Positions 41,635-42,963 of a stretch of DNA of 42,963 bases are shown here, piece by piece. Under the pieces are notes generated by a model. That model worked only from the letters and a program-made list of their open reading frames with translations. It searched no databases and was not told where the DNA came from. Location: IMG/VR virus record IMGVR_UViG_3300045988_024953; one strand, written 5' to 3'. Source of the DNA: a virus. Both the position numbers and the translations under genes were made by a program. How positions within the stretch are numbered: position 1 is the first letter of the stretch; every line of letters begins with the position of its first letter.

Positions 41635-42963
41635 GTGGCGAAATCAAAAACTCTCCAGGCGGTTGTTGAAATCGCCGGAACGCTGAGCCCCACACTCGCA
41701 TCATCAATCGGAGAAGTCACCGACAAACTCGGTGGCATCAATGTCAAAGCTCTGGCCGTCGGTGCAGCAGTCGGCGGCATTGCAGTGGCTACAACCAAGG
41801 CGGTGTTTGAAGCAGGAAAGGCACTCGTAGACCTGGGTGGAGAATTTGACAGCGCATACGACAACATTCGTATCGGTACCGGTGCAACTGGTGACGCTTT
41901 GCAGGATCTCCAGGACGACTTCAAGGAAGTGTATAAAAGTGTGCCGACAACAATGGAGGACGCCGGACAAGCTATTGCGGACTACAACACACGTCTGGGA
42001 CTAACTGGACCGCAACTGCAGGAAATATCCAAGCAAGCAATCCAAGTCTCTGACATGCTGGGCGACGATCTCGGCAGCGTTATCGAGGAGTCGAGCCAAG
42101 CCTTCCAGCAATGGAACATCGACGCGGATGACATGAGCGGCGCGATGGACTATGTGTTCAAAGCATCGCAGTCGACCGGTATGGGTTTTACTGACTTATT
42201 GAGTACAGTGCAACAGTTTGGACCTCAGCTGCAAGAGATGGGGTACTCCTTCGAGGAGTCCACCGCCCTGATCGGACAGCTTGATAAAGCCGGAGTAAAC
42301 ACTGGCGAAGTTCTGGGAGCGATGAAAAAATCAGTTAGCGCTCTGGCCAAAGAAGGCATAAGTGCAAGCGACGGACTGGCTCAATATTCCGAAAAGATCA
42401 AGGGCGCCAAAGATATGACGGAAGCAACAACAATAGCGTCCGAAATTTTTGGAACAAAGGCAGCCTCAACAATGGCGAAAGCAATCAGAGATGGCACACT
42501 TTCGGTGGACGACTTAACAAAGTCTCTCGAAGATAGCCAGGAGACAATCGCCGGGGCAGCTGGCGACACCTACGACTTTGCCGAACGCCTGCAACTTTTT
42601 AAGCAACAAGCTCAGGTTGCACTGGAGCCTCTCGCGAGCACGCTTTTTGACTCTCTCAATGACTTAATGCCTATTGTCGGCGAAGCAATGGAAGGAATTA
42701 TTCCAGTAATTGAGCAAATGAGTGAAGCAATAATCCCAATCGTTAAGGATTTACTGCCAAAGATCGGCCCGATGCTCACACAGCTCGTTCCTCCACTTGT
42801 AAGCATGGCGGGCACAATAGGCTCGCAGCTTATTCCTCCGATCGTTGAAATGGTGACAAGCCTCATCCCGGTAGCGATCCAGCTGGCTCAGGCACTCATG
42901 CCGGTGATCCAGACATTGATCCAGAACATCCTGCCGGTCGTTGTGAGCCTGCTGTCCCAGATC
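41635..42963 (+). CDS. Tail tape measure protein, N-terminal part (TP901-family core; continues at window position 2)
   Basis: GTG start after AGGAGGAGG. My own translation: VAKSKTLQAVVEIAGTLSPTLASSIGE...DYVFKASQSTGMGFTDLL.... No stop before the window end. Confidence 0.85.
   Translation, partial: MAKSKTLQAVVEIAGTLSPTLASSIGEVTDKLGGINVKALAVGAAVGGIAVATTKAVFEAGKALVDLGGEFDSAYDNIRIGTGATGDALQDLQDDFKEVYKSVPTTMEDAGQAIADYNTRLGLTGPQLQEISKQAIQVSDMLGDDLGSVIEESSQAFQQWNIDADDMSGAMDYVFKASQSTGMGFTDLLSTVQQFGPQLQEMGYSFEESTALIGQLDKAGVNTGEVLGAMKKSVSALAKEGISASDGLAQYSEKIKGAKDMTEATTIASEIFGTKAASTMAKAIRDGTLSVDDLTKSLEDSQETIAGAAGDTYDFAERLQLFKQQAQVALEPLASTLFDSLNDLMPIVGEAMEGIIPVIEQMSEAIIPIVKDLLPKIGPMLTQLVPPLVSMAGTIGSQLIPPIVEMVTSLIPVAIQLAQALMPVIQTLIQNILPVVVSLLSQI
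42664..42963 (+). repeat. 33-bp (11-codon) tandem periodicity inside the tape measure gene, upstream half
   Basis: Units LMPIVGEAMEG, IIPVIEQMSEA, IIPIVKDLLPK, IGPMLTQLVPP, LVSMAGTIGSQ, LIPPIVEMVTS, LIPVAIQLAQA, LMPVIQTLIQN. Confidence 0.8.
42909..42963. repeat. Terminal overlap, copy 2 (identical to 1-55)
   Basis: Exact 55-nt identity with the window start. Confidence 0.9.

Larger units (their letters stand above)
1..42963. mobile_element. Complete circularly closed temperate phage genome (contractile tail, lambda-like head); 42,908 unique bp
   Basis: 1-55 is identical to 42909-42963. Packaging, head, tail, DGR, lysis, lysogeny and replication modules are all present. The tape measure ORF reads in frame across the junction. 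Confidence 0.85.

Noticed and set aside
1-42963. Search for tRNA, rRNA and CRISPR arrays
   Set aside because: The intergenic gaps are short and none shows tRNA-like T-arm/anticodon architecture, rRNA-like sequence or regularly spaced direct repeats. The only spaced repeats are the coding repeats and the ATCTGA array described above. A tRNAscan/Infernal run would be needed to be definitive.

Overview
The window is a complete, circularly closed genome of a temperate contractile-tailed phage. The first 55 nt are identical to the last 55 nt, leaving 42,908 unique bp. Ribosome-binding sites are Firmicutes/Clostridia-style AGGAGG. Almost everything is on the + strand, in this order: tape measure C-terminus (wraps from the window end), PBSX/P2-like baseplate genes, tail-fibre genes, a diversity-generating retroelement (DGR), a lysis cassette, a minus-strand lysogeny block (serine integrase, TM2-domain protein, CI-like repressor), an immunity switch, a replication/recombination/early region (ERF, SSB, G39P-like loader, ParB-like protein, MazF-like toxin, HNH protein, three DNA methyltransferases, RecU-like resolvase, DnaQ-like exonuclease), a sigma-like late regulator, a putative cos region, a lambda-like packaging and head module (Nu1-like TerS, GpA-like TerL, gpW, lambda-type portal, ClpP/S49 protease, gpD-like decoration protein, gpE-like capsid), then sheath, tube, a frameshifted tail chaperone and the tape measure N-terminus. 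The standout system is the complete DGR: a tail-fibre-module target gene ending in a variable region (VR 7702-7813), an Avd gene, a template region (TR 8280-8391) and a DGR-type reverse transcriptase. VR and TR differ at 13 of 112 positions, and every difference sits at a TR adenine. Secondary points of interest are a G10 tract that sets the C-terminus of an antitoxin-less MazF-like toxin, a G8 tract inside a methyltransferase, an 8-bp ATCTGA x4 array plus a GC hairpin just 3' of VR, a GC-rich/A-T-palindromic candidate cos region, and about 21 tandem 11-residue repeats in the tape measure protein that span the assembly junction. I saw no tRNA, rRNA or CRISPR array. All functional calls rest on motif recognition in the supplied translations; no database search was run.
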